A stretch of DNA of 46,424 nucleotides from the NCBI GenBank assembly GCA_017882185.1, contig JADGQA010000003.1, forward strand, positions 1 through 46,424. The letters run 5' to 3'. The DNA is from Bacteroidota bacterium. GTDB taxonomy: Bacteria; Bacteroidota; Ignavibacteria; UBA10030. The notes under the pieces are model-generated. The model was not told the DNA's origin. It did no database searches and was given only the letters and a program-made list of their open reading frames with translations. The position numbers and the translations under genes are program-made. Positions 27,926-37,246 of this stretch are shown piece after piece; the stretch's first letter is position 1, and each line of letters starts with the position of its first letter.

Positions 27926-28081
27926 TTGAACGCCGGTCTTCGCATTGTCATTCGCCTTGCTGATGTACAATCTATCTTCCGCGGTGCTGCCCACATATGA
28001 CTCCACCCTCGTAAGCGACAATGTATAAAGGCCGAAAACGATAGAAATGACCCCGATCAGAATTACTTTTGAACTGCTCAT
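27926..28081 (-). pseudogene. Truncated paralogue of the PilX-like minor pilin
   Basis: The first 52 codons (MSSSKVILIG...NAKTGVQ) align with 28283-28864 (MGSSKVILVG...NAKAGVQ); the frame then runs into unrelated promoter-like sequence to the stop at 27800. Confidence 0.75.
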
Positions 28082-28282
28082 CGAAGACCGCTCACGTTAT
28101 TCATCTCTTCAAAACAAATGAAATTCCCCTTGTAATGCAACCACACAAATGTGTAGGCGAACGATATACCCAGTACCAATTCAAAAAAGTAATATTGCAC
28201 TTTCCAAAAACGAATTAGCCGCAAACTTCGCTGATGGCAACGCCATGCCTTTGGCACAATGCATAGAGGGTCTAATGCTCAT

Positions 28283-28864
28283 TTAATAACCAATCAGGTT
28301 TGACTCGTATCCCTGCAAACTTTCAAGCTGCTTCTCAGCCGCGTAGTTGATCGTCGAGTACACGGAAGTGACTGTCAGACGATACCATGGGTAGCTGATG
28401 CCGCCATAAGGGGTGTTATAAAACAGTACGTTTGCAGTCATGATAACTTCGTGCCCTTGAAAGGCTGCAGGTTCACTTGGAGCTCTGTAATACCCGTGTG
28501 AAACTATCTTCAGAGTATAGGTCTTACCGTCCCAATACGTCCACGGTAGTATCGGGCTTAGAGGATAAGGCAATACGTACACTGTATCGATGAACATGTC
28601 TACTGCAGGTGCGGGATCAATAAGATTAAAGGTCCCTGTTTTTGGAAGATTAGTCACATTCGTGTAGGCGCCCAGGTCATTGCCGCGCGACCAAATATTC
28701 AAAATCCACTGAACGCCAGCTTTTGCATTATCGGATGCCCTGGTTATGTAAGACGCAACCTCGGCGGTATTTCCAACGTATCCGTTCACCCTATAGAGCG
28801 AAAGTGAGTACAGACCAAATACTACAGAAATGGCTCCGACAAGAATGACTTTAGAGCTACCCAT
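28283..28864 (-). CDS. Minor pilin-like protein (PilX/GspK-like position and pattern)
   Basis: N-terminal hydrophobic helix, A...A.AGV helix motif, I.SHG strand. Start 28864 is supported by the paralogue. Confidence 0.6.
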   Translation of the reverse strand: MGSSKVILVGAISVVFGLYSLSLYRVNGYVGNTAEVASYITRASDNAKAGVQWILNIWSRGNDLGAYTNVTNLPKTGTFNLIDPAPAVDMFIDTVYVLPYPLSPILPWTYWDGKTYTLKIVSHGYYRAPSEPAAFQGHEVIMTANVLFYNTPYGGISYPWYRLTVTSVYSTINYAAEKQLESLQGYESNLIGY

Positions 28865-28955
28865 CAAACACATCCCTTGGAAGATTTGTAAACAAAGAAA
28901 ACCAATTTCTCTTCATAATGCAACTGCACAAGTATGTCGTGATTGCTGGGCAGGA

Positions 28956-29525
28956 TCAATTGATGTTGGGCGGGAAAAATCGATATGTCCATTGCGCAGA
29001 GGGATACAGGCCGTTCACTTTGTCACCCGTTGCCATCACCAGGTAAACAGAGAATGACTTGATGTTGGCATTGATCAACGTCGAGGCGCCGGTCGAGTCG
29101 TAGTAGGTGAATTTCAGTGAATCAACACCATTTGCAAACGATTTGGGGGGCGCGAGTCCAGCACCAACTATTCCTGCTGCTCTATACAACTTTCGATCAC
29201 GAGGATTTGGCGTGGCGGAAAGATCGGAAGTGCTACCTGCGAAATACTTGACCCAGGTTTTACTCCCACTCGATGGATCCACATAGCTCACTTCAATTAT
29301 ATCCTGGGATGCAGACGTAAAGTAAGGCTTACTTGCCACCTGGTATCCGACCAAATTAAAGTCATTGCTGATGACCCGGGCAACTGTGGTGATCAAACTG
29401 AACATATTTGCCTGCGCTGTTTTCTCGCCGAGCTTGCCTTGAAGAGCGATGGTCATGTTAAGAATCGCTATGACGATTGCAGCGCGAAGCGTCAGAGATG
29501 CTACAATATCAATAATAGAACTCAC
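28956..29525 (-). CDS. Minor pilin-like protein (PilW/GspJ-like)
   Basis: GTG start; SSIID then hydrophobic helix; I..DF..VGY and L.R...GV..LKFTYYD.TG patterns typical of PilW-like proteins. Confidence 0.65.
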   Translation of the reverse strand: MSSIIDIVASLTLRAAIVIAILNMTIALQGKLGEKTAQANMFSLITTVARVISNDFNLVGYQVASKPYFTSASQDIIEVSYVDPSSGSKTWVKYFAGSTSDLSATPNPRDRKLYRAAGIVGAGLAPPKSFANGVDSLKFTYYDSTGASTLINANIKSFSVYLVMATGDKVNGLYPSAQWTYRFFPPNIN

Positions 29526-29574
29526 AGGTTACACATGCTGATTCATGAATGCTGATTGCCAAAAACAACCTTGC

Positions 29575-30129
29575 TTACCTTGTCGAGCAACAAACAATTG
29601 AATAAAGTTTCAACCACTTGTTGGTTAGCCACTTGTCGTTCGTTACCCAGACCTCAATCCTTTTTGTCCACGACCTATCGGCGGTAATGGTAACGCTAAG
29701 AGGATTAGGAGGAATCGTCATCAGGACATAGTATACTACAACCGAGTCTCGAAATCGGCCAAGTCCATTCGTTGAATCAGTGAGCCGAGTGTAGTGATTG
29801 TAGTCATCAACATCATTGTATTTTAAAATCGAATTAAAAGGGGATTGGTCTGGTAAAGTAATCGTTTCTTCTGGTCCGAGTGATCCCGGAGCCGTAAACG
29901 AATTCACGAGGTTCTGGCTTGAACTTGACCAGGGGGGATTGTAGAGCTGATCGTATTTCTTCGTCACTATCTCAGCCATCAGCGACTGGCCAAGATCGTT
30001 GGCAGTCTTGTATGCCGTGGCTGTAAGCACTTGTTCGTCCGCATTGATCATGACACGATAGGCATTCATGAACATGACGACAAGCAACACGAAAAACGCC
30101 ATCGTCAGCATCGTTTGTCCGAGACCCAT
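29575..30129 (-). CDS. Minor pilin-like protein (PilV/GspI-like)
   Basis: MGLGQTML then hydrophobic helix; A..LGQS.MAEI..K.YD, LGPE, NDVDDYN, KRIEVWV. Confidence 0.65.
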   Translation of the reverse strand: MGLGQTMLTMAFFVLLVVMFMNAYRVMINADEQVLTATAYKTANDLGQSLMAEIVTKKYDQLYNPPWSSSSQNLVNSFTAPGSLGPEETITLPDQSPFNSILKYNDVDDYNHYTRLTDSTNGLGRFRDSVVVYYVLMTIPPNPLSVTITADRSWTKRIEVWVTNDKWLTNKWLKLYSIVCCSTR

Positions 30130-30173
30130 CTCAATACTTATCTCTTGTGCAGAAATGTGACGCGCTCAATCGC

Positions 30174-31976
30174 TCAATCATCCTCGACCGTTGCGCTTGC
30201 CACTTCTTCAAGGCTGGTAATGCCCTTCATCATGAGCTCCAACGCCGTCTGACGGAGTGTCCTCATCCCGTGCTTCATCGCTGCTTCGCGGATTGCATCT
30301 TCGTCGATCGAAGTCTCGGACTCGAGAATAATCTTCCGAATGTCCTTGGTAAACGACAATGCTTCGTGTATCGCCGTTCGACCTTTGTAGCCTTTAATGC
30401 AGTTGGGACAACCGACCGCCCGGTAGATCTTCGTCGTTTCTATTTCAATCGGCGTCATCCCAAGGCGAGCGAGCGCCTCACGGTCAGGGTCGATGACCGG
30501 CGCTTTGCAGCGTGGGCAGAGTTTTCTCATGAGACGCTGGGCAATCACCACGTGAACGGTATACGCCAGGAGAAACGGCTCGACACCCATCTTGAATAGT
30601 CGCGATACAGCACTCGGCGCATCGTTCGTGTGGAGTGTGGACAGCGTCATATGGCCTGTATTTGCAAGCTTCACGGCAATATCGGCAGTGATCTTGTCGC
30701 GTATTTCTCCCACCATGATGATGTCGGGGTCGTGGCGCAGGATCGCCCTCAATGCCCCTTCAAAATCCAATTTCGGACTCAACTTTACCTGGCGCGCTCC
30801 TTCGATAAAATACTCAACGGGATCCTCCACCGTCAGCACGTTCAAGGCAGGATCCATGATCGTCTTCAGAGCCGCTACGAGCGTCGTACTTTTGCCGCTT
30901 CCTGTCGGCCCCGTAACAATGACGATGCCGTACGGTTTCTTGATCGCGCGCAGGAATGCCTTTTCTGCAAACGGTTCAAACCCCAGCTCGCTGAGTTGCA
31001 TCCCGACCGTCGTTTCCTTCAGGATTCGAATTACGATCGATTCGAATTTGCTTTTCATTTCCTTTCCGACAACCGGAATGACGGAAACTCTGAACCGAAC
31101 GGTCTTGCGGTCGATCAGAAGCTGCGCGTAGCCGTCCTGTGCTCGCGTTCGCTCAAATCGATCGACGCCCAGCGCACGATCCTTCACCACCGCCGCAACA
31201 GCTTCCGCTCGAACGTCGCTGTGGGTATACCAGAGCGTCAGCTTGCCGTCGATGCGGAAATGGAATTGCGTCACCCTTTCCGCAACAGGAATGACGTGTA
31301 TATCGCTTGCACCGATGCGGACGGCATCCGCAAGAATATTGTTCGCGAGCTCCACCAGCCCGCTCTTGTTGATTTCTTCTTCGATCGCCTGCTCGAAGAG
31401 CTCGTCGTCCTGTTGCTGTTGTTCCTCGACTCCTTCGGCATGCAGATGCTGTTCGTGGGATTTGTACGTCGACCGCGAAATGTTGACACGCTTCCAAAGC
31501 TCATCCCAGTCGGATAATGGAACATAATAAAGCTCGAACTTGGGGTACAGGAACCCCCTTGCAATATAGAAGACTTCGGGGTTGGTCGGATCGGGCGTTA
31601 CGACGAGCAAGCGATTGGGCTTTTCGGGATCGACAGAGTATGGCAGCACCTGATTTTCGATGGCCATTTCACGGATCGCCTCGGGAAGCGCAGCGAGCTC
31701 CTTGCGCATGAATGCAAGTTGTGTTTCCTCGATCTGCCCGGGGTTGACATCAAGCGTCTTGAAAGCATAGTAGTCCACCACTTCCTTGTAGACTCGATCC
31801 CGGTTGGCACGAAAATCATTGACAAGCACCTGGGCCAGCTTCCGGCGGTTCTTCCGGTCCTCTTTGCTCATCACATCGAGCGCTGAGAGAAGCGTCTCGG
31901 GCGAAACAATCCCCTTCTCGACAAGGATGTCGCCGAGTTCGCGTTTGGCGGGTCGTATTTGCTTGGCTTCTGGCAT
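30174..31976 (-). CDS. pilB: Type IV pilus / T2SS assembly ATPase (PilB/GspE family)
   Basis: GASDIH, Walker A GPTGSGKSTT, TVEDPVE, LRHDPDIIMVGEIRD, GH..LSTLHTND, CPRC/CPNC, GYKGR. N-terminal MshEN-like segment. Confidence 0.93.
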   Translation of the reverse strand: MPEAKQIRPAKRELGDILVEKGIVSPETLLSALDVMSKEDRKNRRKLAQVLVNDFRANRDRVYKEVVDYYAFKTLDVNPGQIEETQLAFMRKELAALPEAIREMAIENQVLPYSVDPEKPNRLLVVTPDPTNPEVFYIARGFLYPKFELYYVPLSDWDELWKRVNISRSTYKSHEQHLHAEGVEEQQQQDDELFEQAIEEEINKSGLVELANNILADAVRIGASDIHVIPVAERVTQFHFRIDGKLTLWYTHSDVRAEAVAAVVKDRALGVDRFERTRAQDGYAQLLIDRKTVRFRVSVIPVVGKEMKSKFESIVIRILKETTVGMQLSELGFEPFAEKAFLRAIKKPYGIVIVTGPTGSGKSTTLVAALKTIMDPALNVLTVEDPVEYFIEGARQVKLSPKLDFEGALRAILRHDPDIIMVGEIRDKITADIAVKLANTGHMTLSTLHTNDAPSAVSRLFKMGVEPFLLAYTVHVVIAQRLMRKLCPRCKAPVIDPDREALARLGMTPIEIETTKIYRAVGCPNCIKGYKGRTAIHEALSFTKDIRKIILESETSIDEDAIREAAMKHGMRTLRQTALELMMKGITSLEEVASATVEDD

Positions 31977-32007
31977 TGTTAGTTCGTGGAATCCTACTGC
32001 TGACGCT

Positions 32008-33360
32008 TTACTGGCCCATGGTGTCCATACGTACCGAGGACATCTCCGTCGACAAGTAGGTGAGGAACACCATAGCGATCATGATAAGAATCGAAATACT
32101 GACCTCGATGACGCTCGTGAGGTTCTTCAATGCGTAGTGATTTTCCGTTTGATAGAATTCAGCGAGCTGATTTGCCGTCGCTTTGACGTCTCCTGTTTCG
32201 GCAGCCGTCCTAAACCGTGATACGATCATTTCCGGGAAGAAATCCGTCGCTTCCAGGGCGCGCGGAAGTTCTGTTCCGAATTTCAGCATCATCGGGATCG
32301 TCACCGTGCGTATCTGCCTCGCGAGATAAATGTTGCCGCTCGAGTCTCCGGCTATTTGAATCGCATCGATGTTCTCACCCGACGTCGTGTACATGATCCC
32401 AAGGACATTGCAGAATATCTCGATGCTGGTATTCCTCAAGATGTTCCCGACGTACGGGACTTTGATGAGGTAGCGATGAAGGTTGTACTTTCCTTCCGCG
32501 CTGAGAATATAAGCGTAGAACCCGCCCGTGAGTCCGGCAATTGTCAGGAGAAGAATGATATAATTGTCCTTAACAAACTGGCTCACTTCCATGGTCAATG
32601 CCGTGAGCGGCGGTATTTCCGTGAGAAGCGGACCCATAGTCTGAACCATCTTTGGCAGCAAGAACAGCGCATAAAAACCAATAGCCCCGATGAGCGTCAG
32701 CGACGTCACGGCAGGGAGCAGAAGTGAACTCGTCAGCCCTTTCTTGAATTCAGCCTGACGTTCGACGAGCGACGAGACACTCTTGAAAATTGAGACCATG
32801 TCTCCGCTCTTCGAAGCGATGCCGAGCATGAGAGCATTGTGTTCTCCAAAGACTCTCCCCTGCCGGATGAACGCCTCCCGAGAATCGACGCCATTTCTGA
32901 GGTCATTCAGAATGTCCTTGATCGCTCCCCGAAGATACCGATTCTTGACATTGGTCGACATGATCTGGAGCACTTCCGCGTAAGCAATTTTTTGCTCAAG
33001 GAGCCGGGCACTTGTTCCCACGAAGCTGACAATTTCATTGATGGGGGCGCGTCCCTTGAAGTCAAATACCCTCCGAACAGACTGCACATCGAACCGGAGG
33101 CTCTCCAGCGCCCTGACAACCTCATCGCGAGAATAGGCGTTTTGGAAGCCATCGACATATCTCGTCCCGCGCTTAACCCTGTACACGTAAGTCTTCTTCT
33201 TGTGCACGCCGAGAAGACTGCCCCCACGCGACTTCGTTTGTTGCTTTGCTCTTTTTCTCGCTTCCCCGCGCGTGGAAGCCATCAGAAAGTACTGGATCGC
33301 CTTTCCGGTTTTGTCACGCGCATCAATTCTAAATTCTGATTGCTTGGTTCCTGCGGCCAT
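32008..33360 (-). CDS. pilC: Type IV pilus / T2SS platform protein (PilC/GspF family)
   Basis: Two GspF-type domains, three TM segments, K.PY.G, FP......AETG patterns. Adjacent to pilB. Confidence 0.88.
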   Translation of the reverse strand: MAAGTKQSEFRIDARDKTGKAIQYFLMASTRGEARKRAKQQTKSRGGSLLGVHKKKTYVYRVKRGTRYVDGFQNAYSRDEVVRALESLRFDVQSVRRVFDFKGRAPINEIVSFVGTSARLLEQKIAYAEVLQIMSTNVKNRYLRGAIKDILNDLRNGVDSREAFIRQGRVFGEHNALMLGIASKSGDMVSIFKSVSSLVERQAEFKKGLTSSLLLPAVTSLTLIGAIGFYALFLLPKMVQTMGPLLTEIPPLTALTMEVSQFVKDNYIILLLTIAGLTGGFYAYILSAEGKYNLHRYLIKVPYVGNILRNTSIEIFCNVLGIMYTTSGENIDAIQIAGDSSGNIYLARQIRTVTIPMMLKFGTELPRALEATDFFPEMIVSRFRTAAETGDVKATANQLAEFYQTENHYALKNLTSVIEVSISILIMIAMVFLTYLSTEMSSVRMDTMGQ

Positions 33361-33366
33361 AGGTTC

Positions 33367-33753
33367 CTACTTAAAATCTCCGGTAAAAGTCCAATTGGAT
33401 GCCTTTCCGTACGTGTCAATTTGTGCGACCACCGTGTTGTTCGTATCCCTTGCAGAGACTCCTGCAATTTGCAGCACGGCCTTGCTTACTGGATTGACAG
33501 AATATTTTCCGTTCAAATTCGACCGAAAGCCGCTCGGGAGCGCATATCCCAGGTAGCTGTATCCTCCTCCACCGAGCGCTCCGATTCTCCGATAGTATCG
33601 TGTCGCATTCATAGCAATATGATTGACGTCATTGATCATCGCCTTCTTGTTTGCCTCAATCTCGTCATCCGAGAAAAACCCCGTTCCCGCCAGGATCGAA
33701 ATGCCGATGATGAGGATACTGATTGCAATGATAAGAATCTGACTTTGTCCCAT
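33367..33753 (-). CDS. Major pilin-like protein, copy 1 (MGQxQ type, no leader)
   Basis: First gene of the pilC-pilB operon, strong RBS GAGGAGAGG, 128 aa, N-terminal hydrophobic helix. Confidence 0.78.
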   Translation of the reverse strand: MGQSQILIIAISILIIGISILAGTGFFSDDEIEANKKAMINDVNHIAMNATRYYRRIGALGGGGYSYLGYALPSGFRSNLNGKYSVNPVSKAVLQIAGVSARDTNNTVVAQIDTYGKASNWTFTGDFK

Positions 33754-34158
33754 ACTTAGAGCCTCTCCTCAACGATCAGAAAAGAGCATAGACAGTTGCG
33801 CTTCCAGTATCCCCGGATTCGCGCAGCCACAGCAATGCACCATAATTCCCCAATTTGATCGTATAATAATCGAATCGAGTGTAAAATGCAAGGTAACCTC
33901 TGTTCTTTGAACTCTCGAAAAGAGCGCAGCCAAATGAACTACTTGAGCCTGCTGCAATCAATTCATCCTTCAACTCAGCCTCGGTAAGATAGGTTGAGAC
34001 AAGATACGAAGCTGGCCCCTGAGATCAGCTTTAAGGGGGCATGCTCAACATCATTAGAAATTGTAATCAATACAACTGCATAAGGATGTGCAAGCCTCAG
34101 TCGGCATGCGGGAAGAATGTGAGAGGGACAAGAGGCGTGGGTTGCCCGAACTGCGGTC

Positions 34159-34806
34159 TTAGATTTCTCCGCGGACGGACTTGCCAATTACTTCTGCCTT
34201 TGAGTTTACGTGGAGCTTTCTGTAGACATGCTTGATGTGGAATCGGACAGTGTCGATGGAAATGCCAAGCTTGCCGGCAATCATTTTATAGCTGAGACCC
34301 TCGACAAGACCGTCAACAACCTGGCGCTCTTTGATGGTAAGGGCCTGTCCGACCTTCGTTACCTTCTCCGAGCTGAAATACTTGATGACTTTCTTTGCAA
34401 TCTCGGGCGACATCGGGGCTCCACCGGAGTACAGCAACATGACGGCATCTTTGATCTCCGACAAATTGGAACCCTTGAGAAGATAGCCGGCAGCTCCGGC
34501 TCGCAAGGAATCAAACACCAATTCCCAGTCCGCATACGAGGTGAAGACGATGAATTCCATCGTCGGGAATTTTTCTTTAAGATAACTAATGCCGCTAATA
34601 CCGGAAAGGCCGGGAAGCTTTATGTCGACTATGACGACGTCGGGCGTTGCCTCATCCCTCAGTTGCTCAAGGAACGATTCCACGGAGTCCGCAACGATTC
34701 CGCATTCGAACTCTGGCTGCTTTTTCAGGAATGATTTGACGGATGATCGAACCGAATTTTCATCCTCGATAACTCCGATATTGATTTTTTTGCTGGAGGC
34801 CTTCAT
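34159..34806 (-). CDS. NarL/LuxR-family response regulator (orphan)
   Basis: VIED, VVIVDIKLPG, GAAGYLLK; LT.KE..V...GLSYK.IA..L.ISIDTVRFHIK HTH. Confidence 0.93.
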   Translation of the reverse strand: MKASSKKINIGVIEDENSVRSSVKSFLKKQPEFECGIVADSVESFLEQLRDEATPDVVIVDIKLPGLSGISGISYLKEKFPTMEFIVFTSYADWELVFDSLRAGAAGYLLKGSNLSEIKDAVMLLYSGGAPMSPEIAKKVIKYFSSEKVTKVGQALTIKERQVVDGLVEGLSYKMIAGKLGISIDTVRFHIKHVYRKLHVNSKAEVIGKSVRGEI

Positions 34807-35005
34807 CTCTGTAAGATTGCTCCGATCCGGGAGCGACTAGTATTCTTGGAACAGCGTGGTCGAAAAACTTGCCTGTTAATTTCGTAATTATTGGGAACAA
34901 ATGCCAATCAAGATTCATCAATCTTGCCGGAAAACAGGGAAAATATGCCAAAATGGGGATGCAAGGCGATGTAATTCAGTCTTGGGTCAAAAATCGAAGG
35001 GAAGC

Positions 35006-35986
35006 TCAATGTTTGAGGTATTTTGACGAGATTGTTTGCATTGCGCGCTGCGAAGCATTGAACGCCCAAATGATGGATCCTCCCTTCGGCCCGGCGCTGA
35101 GATCGCCAAGGAGGAACATACCGGGCACACTTGTTTCGACTGTGTTTTTCAGGACAGGTGCGTCACCGTCAAACCCGATACCAATCGTCTTCAGAAAGTT
35201 TGAGGGTGTTGTTCCACCCAATGCATACACGATGTAGTCAAATTCTCGTGTCCCCATTTTGGCCTGCCGATATGTCACTTTCGGTCTGCCGTCCGAGTCG
35301 ATTATACCCGCAATGTCGGACTCGAGCTGCAAATCCACTTGCTTCCGTTCCGCCAGTGCAAGAAGACTTTTTCGATTGATATCATTCATTCTCGAAAATT
35401 CTTTTTTCCGGTAACTGAGAACAACGTTATTGCCTTCCTGCACGAGATACTGACAGTACTCCGATGCCGAATCGCCCCCTCCCACCACAAGAACATTCGA
35501 ATTCGCTACCGGTATGGATGTGAGATCGAAAAGAATCCGGGATTTCAAGGAAGTAGGAAGTTTGTACTCGGGCTTGTTCGGCTTTCCCAGGATCCCGATC
35601 GCGACGGTAATGACTTTTGCTTTGAACATCCCTTTGTCTGTGTAGACATCGAAGCGTTGTTCGTCAGGATACTTGTGGATCTTATGGACCGTCTCACTGT
35701 AACGGACATCGATGTCGTACGTTTTTATGGCATCATCAATGTACGAGAGCATTCCTTGTTTCGACGAATCGGTGATGCACATGACGCCCGTGCATTCTGC
35801 GACGAACCCTTTGTAGTTCGCCGTCACGAGTTTGTTGTCGGGATAATACTTCTTAATTGAGAACGAATGCTCGTGGGCACGTTCAATGATGGTAATCTTG
35901 TCAGCAGGGATTCCGGCAACGCGCGCTTCCACCGCCATGCTGATGCCAGCCGGACCCGCCCCGATAACTAAGATATCGTAGCTCAT
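35006..35986 (-). CDS. TrxB-like FAD/NAD(P)H oxidoreductase without CxxC (FqrB-like)
   Basis: IGAGPAG, AIGILGKPNKP, VGGGDSA, SYRKKEFSR, ALGGTTP, GD motifs. Confidence 0.8.
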   Translation of the reverse strand: MSYDILVIGAGPAGISMAVEARVAGIPADKITIIERAHEHSFSIKKYYPDNKLVTANYKGFVAECTGVMCITDSSKQGMLSYIDDAIKTYDIDVRYSETVHKIHKYPDEQRFDVYTDKGMFKAKVITVAIGILGKPNKPEYKLPTSLKSRILFDLTSIPVANSNVLVVGGGDSASEYCQYLVQEGNNVVLSYRKKEFSRMNDINRKSLLALAERKQVDLQLESDIAGIIDSDGRPKVTYRQAKMGTREFDYIVYALGGTTPSNFLKTIGIGFDGDAPVLKNTVETSVPGMFLLGDLSAGPKGGSIIWAFNASQRAMQTISSKYLKH

Positions 35987-36076
35987 TTCATTCGATGAGT
36001 GATTTATGTAGCACGATCAGATTTCCGCAAAACGATTGTGCTTCGGACAAGATTGTTGGCGCAATAACATATTTCT

Positions 36077-37132
36077 TCAGGACTTGATATTCAACATGCG
36101 GTCTGTTTGCTCGAACACTTCGTCGACACTAATATCATTCATGCATCGGAAGTGCTTTTCAGGACAAGACGAACGACCAATATGGGAACAAGGTCTGCAG
36201 TAAAGTCCATCGCGTTCGATGACCACGCTATTTTTGTTCTGAGGAAAGAATCCAAACTGACGAACCGTCGACCCGAACACGGCCACGAGGTTCCGTTGCC
36301 GGGCCTCTGCAATGTGCATAAGTCCGGAATCATTCGTGACTACCACGTCGCAGAAGTCCATCGCAGCGGCGGTTTCGAGCAAGGATAATTGCCCGCAGAA
36401 ATTGCTCGTACGTCCATTGCCGGCGTTTCCATCGATGGCCATGGCTATGCTGTCGCAGTAGCCTGCGTCGGCGCTCCCTCCAAACAGCAGTACTTTTGCG
36501 TCCCGATCACGTGCGCATCGAATGCCCAGCTCAATGAATCGGTTTTTTGGCCAGCATTTTGTCGCGTGCCTGGCTGTCGGACAAAGTCCCACTACTTTCT
36601 CATAATGATTCAGCTTCAGACCCGCCATTCTGCCTGAAACGGCGAAAAGAACCTCGTCCGGAATGTGCAGTTCCAGACCTTTGCCGTCATCCTTGACGCC
36701 GAGAGGTTCGACAGCTTCGATGTATCGTTGCGAGACAGGTACATCGTTCTTGTACAAGTTATTCTTAGACTTCACCAAAGCGGCCCGTTCTTTTTCTCGC
36801 TTGTCCACCGTCACCACGCGGGCCGGCCCCAGAAAGGCACGCACATAGCGACTTCTAAGACTGCCATGAATATCGACCAGGAGATCGTATCCCTCAGCCT
36901 CTATCCTCTTCTTAAGTGCCCGCAGACCATTGAATCCATCCAAGGCGTCAAACTCGTATGTATAATTGATGTTCTGGTTCGAACGGACTAGCTCGGCGTA
37001 CTCCTTTCGTGTGACGTAGTCAATTTGGCTTTGGGGAAACTTTGCCCTCAGCGCTCGCAAGAGCGGAGAGGATAGGACAATATCTCCAATGGAGCTAAAA
37101 CGAAGAACTAAAATCTTCTGTGGTGTGTTCAT
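36077..37132 (-). CDS. waaF: Glycosyltransferase family 9 (LPS heptosyltransferase II-like)
   Basis: RFSSIGD, K.WP, NDSGLMHIA, FGST, C.PC. True start is ATG 37132; the upstream part of the ORF is antisense to the next gene. Confidence 0.82.
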   Translation of the reverse strand: MNTPQKILVLRFSSIGDIVLSSPLLRALRAKFPQSQIDYVTRKEYAELVRSNQNINYTYEFDALDGFNGLRALKKRIEAEGYDLLVDIHGSLRSRYVRAFLGPARVVTVDKREKERAALVKSKNNLYKNDVPVSQRYIEAVEPLGVKDDGKGLELHIPDEVLFAVSGRMAGLKLNHYEKVVGLCPTARHATKCWPKNRFIELGIRCARDRDAKVLLFGGSADAGYCDSIAMAIDGNAGNGRTSNFCGQLSLLETAAAMDFCDVVVTNDSGLMHIAEARQRNLVAVFGSTVRQFGFFPQNKNSVVIERDGLYCRPCSHIGRSSCPEKHFRCMNDISVDEVFEQTDRMLNIKS

Positions 37133-37246
37133 AACTATTGTAAGATATGGGGAATTTTCAGGAGGCGCAATTTCTCGTTGCCGAGAACGACGGGAATTGC
37201 GGGAAAACGAACCCTTCATTTTCTTAATAGGAGGATAAATCCAACG

